Origin: Octopus vulgaris | Taxonomy: Eukaryota | Reading direction: 5' to 3' | NCBI GenBank assembly: GCA_951406725.2 | Contig: OX597836.1 | Coordinates: forward strand, 26,660,001-26,724,000 | DNA: 64,000 nt | In this document: piece after piece, positions 60,990 through 64,000 of the stretch | Layout: every line of letters begins with the position of its first letter | Numbering within the stretch: position 1 is the first letter of the stretch | The notes under the pieces: model-generated | Told to the model about the DNA's origin: nothing | The model's input: only the letters and a program-made list of their open reading frames with translations | The model's database searches: none | Position numbers and translations under genes: made by a program

Positions 60990-62309
60990 TTAAATGGATA
61001 TGAGAAAGACAGGAGATAAAGCATGATTTACTTGTGATCAGAGTTGTTCGAAAACCAAGGTTCTACAGTATTAAGTGAAAAGTGAATAAATGCTAAAAGT
61101 TTGTCTGGCTAATGTAAAAAAAAAAAAAAAAAAAAAAAAAAGGGGAAAACAGCCACTTAATAGAGCAGCAAATCTTGTTGGGATAAATTAGTGTAGAGGC
61201 TATCAAGATTAATCTGCCTAAGACATTTGACTGAAATGATTTTGACAATCAATCATAAACACCATGATAATTACACCAGGACTAACACTTCAGTTAATAA
61301 CCTATAAATATTAATCCACACAAAAGATAAACTTGTGTGTCATTTCAAATTCAGGTTTTGTTTCTTTTAAGCAGCACACACACCTCACAAGAATATAAAC
61401 CTGCAGAAATTCATAAACTCAAAACAGAATGGTGTGTTCCTTAAATATAGAATTGTTCAAATTTCTAATACAATCCAACTACGATCTCCCTTTATACAAG
61501 GTCAAAGTTATAGACACAGTAACAACCTGCTCAGATATAATAATTAAAAGCAAAATAAACTATTTTATTGTTTTACTAGTTTCAGTTATAGGACTGCAAG
61601 CCATTCTAGGATGGTCTACAAGGGTTTAGTTAATCATATCAACCTCCATTTTTGCCCAGCATTTCATCAATTTGCTGAATTGCTAAATTACATGGACAAC
61701 TTTGTTGATTCTGAAATACTGGACTGTCACATGTGGACCTTATGCCCCTAGTTTGTCTCTTTTATGACAAGAACTTTTTGTTTCTATCAACAACACAGGG
61801 CCCCAAAATACTTGAAATCAATGAGTCCTGTACCAATGTTGGAACAAATTGACAAATGGTCTTTATTGATGGTCATGTACTCAGTCTTATTTGAATTAAC
61901 AGATTGACCTTGGCTACATTCTCAAAGAATGTTAACAAGGCACAAGCATGTTGCATGTATGGTCAGAAGTTTTCTTCCCAACTATATGGTTCTATGTTCA
62001 ATCCCACTGTGGTACCTTGAGCAAGCGTCTTTTATAGCCTTGAGCTGGCCAAGGCCTTGTGAACGGATTTGGTAGGCAGAATGTGTGTGCGTGCGTGTTC
62101 CACTATTGCTTAACAATTGTGCATTTATGTCCCAGTAACTTAGTGGTTCGGCCTTAGAGACCAACAGAATAAGTACCAGGCTCAAAAAATAAGTTCTGGA
62201 ATTGATTCAGCTGACTAAAATTCTTCATGGCAGTGCCCCAGCACGGCCACAGTCAGGTGTCTGAAACGAGCAAAAGAGTAAGTCTAGTACATCAGGGCAT
62301 GGCTGCAAT

Positions 62310-62680
62310 CATACAGAGCATTCTTATCAATGGAGGCCAAAACCTGGACTATGAAGCAAGAGTTTCAACATCACCTTGATGGTACATACACCAAGCTTCT
62401 TTCTTGTGACAGCTCAAAATCTCTCATGGCTTCAGCACAAGACCAAAAAGGACATTTATGGATACATTCCACTCACCTCTACTATTGCTGTTCAATGCAG
62501 GACAGGCTTTGCTGACCACTGCTATCATGTTGAATAGCAGGCCCCATCAGTAGATTCTGAAGATTTCTACACTCTTACACAGGACAAAGACCACTCAACT
62601 ACATTAATGTTATTGGCATAGACACAAACACTAAAACAAAGACTTTCCAAAGATAACATGGAACAGCTTCTCAATATGGT
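62310..62680 (+). mobile_element. Decayed RTE-clade LINE fragment
   Basis: AKTWTMKQEFQHHLDGTYTKLL / AQNLSWLQHKTKKDIYGYIP...RTGFADHCYH. Confidence 0.75.
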
Positions 62681-64000
62681 ATGGGGAAATACATCTCAGT
62701 TGCAGCCACATGGCTGGAGTGAACAAGACAGACATGTCATGTATATGTGCACTATGGGCACAATTTCCAGCTATTTAATTTCACTTACAAGATATTGGTC
62801 AAGCCCAATACTATAATAGAGGGCACCTGCCATGATGCCTGGCAGTGAATCAAACTGGAACCATGTAGTTTCAGAGTAAACTTAGAATCATGCCTGTTCC
62901 TATCTCTGGCTTTAAGTAATTCCGTAGAACACTTCTTCCCCCGACTCAGTAAAATTAAGCCTTTTGATACAAGCCCACCTGAGACCATCCTTGATACTAC
63001 AATACAAACTTGTTTTTAAGTGATCGTAGTTAAAATCTTCCATCAAATTTTCATGTTCCAAGCATCAACTTATTTAATTAATTATTTAACTCTTATTTCC
63101 AAAATTGATTCAGATAAAGCCAGTGATTTCAACAGAAACAACGAGGCTAAATTTTTTTTTATCTCCTCACCATTATTTTGTCTTCACAAACATGTTTGAG
63201 GAATTCATCTAAGACTTGGTTTTAATCTTCCAAAATTAGCAGTAGAAGTAACAGTTGTGTTAAATATTTGTCTAATTAGCATACGTGACCCGATTACATT
63301 ATATTTTCCCTACTCCAAGATAACCAGATTCCATTCTTTTTTTTTATGTCCATTTTCCAAAGTTATAAAAAATTAAGTCTTACATATCCTTTTTCCCCAT
63401 ACATCATTTCTTTCAATTAGGCCACAAACTCTTCAGGACCAACTTGAGTATATTTTCTCAAATCTTTCTGGTCTCACTGCTTCTCAAAAAGTACTTATCA
63501 CCGCCAACATTGCACTTTTTCACCCAGCATAAATCAACCACTCACATTAAAATGTCAGAAACTAATCAGCAACTCTCCTGCAACAACCAACCAATGTCAC
63601 AGAGAAACAATGCAGTTGTAGACAAAAGAAAGAGATAAAAAAAAGATAAACAGAATCAAAAATTTCTTTTAATATTTAACTCTAAAAGTACACCAAATTG
63701 CTACAACTACAAAAATGCTTTTATTTTTTTTTAGCCAGTGATTGTTGTATCGTCACGCACAAAGCTTTACTGTGTAGAGAAACGGCCTCTAAATACAGAT
63801 ATTAGACCAATTAAAAATTTTATATAGTTACTGCTTGCTGAAATAAATCCAAATTTAATGCAATATATATAACACACACACACAATGGATTTGAATACAT
63901 TGAAATAGTCTAACCTACTTTATATATATATATATATTTAAATCAATAACTGAAAACTGTTGATGTGGCAGAGTGAGTCACAATATCCAAAGTTTACTCC

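Noticed and set aside
57397-64000. HUWE1 promoter or upstream non-coding exon
   Set aside because: No CpG-rich island or supportable exon seen; the region looks like repeat-laden intron

Overview
AT-rich, repeat-dense animal genomic DNA. The SINE, MITE and RTE repertoire and the (TA)n/(CA)n load look like an octopus (coleoid cephalopod); this is inferred, not proven. The window holds the 5' part of one large minus-strand gene, the HECT E3 ubiquitin ligase HUWE1. I traced 39 consecutive GT-AG coding exons by hand from the start codon at 57353 to 150. All splice phases are compatible, giving about 1,725-1,733 codons that cover the N-terminal armadillo-like solenoid, UBA, UIM and WWE domains. 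The rest of the gene (BH3, UBM, HECT) lies beyond position 1, and the promoter was not recognised in the window. Introns contain tRNA-derived SINEs, RTE/CR1 LINE fragments, TTAA-flanked piggyBac-type MITEs, a decayed piggyBac transposase, a hAT fragment, pogo/Tc1-type MITEs, two non-autonomous Helitrons and a 21-bp minisatellite. Three observations stand out: (i) type I hammerhead-ribozyme motifs in the introns, one on the HUWE1 sense strand (33848-33910) and one in a ~240-bp foldback next to exon 2; (ii) a 13-codon uORF whose UGA overlaps the HUWE1 AUG (AUGA); (iii) many inverted repeats that could form ADAR or circRNA substrates. Nearly all non-HUWE1 ORFs in the supplied track are spurious. 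Repeat boundaries are approximate unless a TSD or TIR is quoted.
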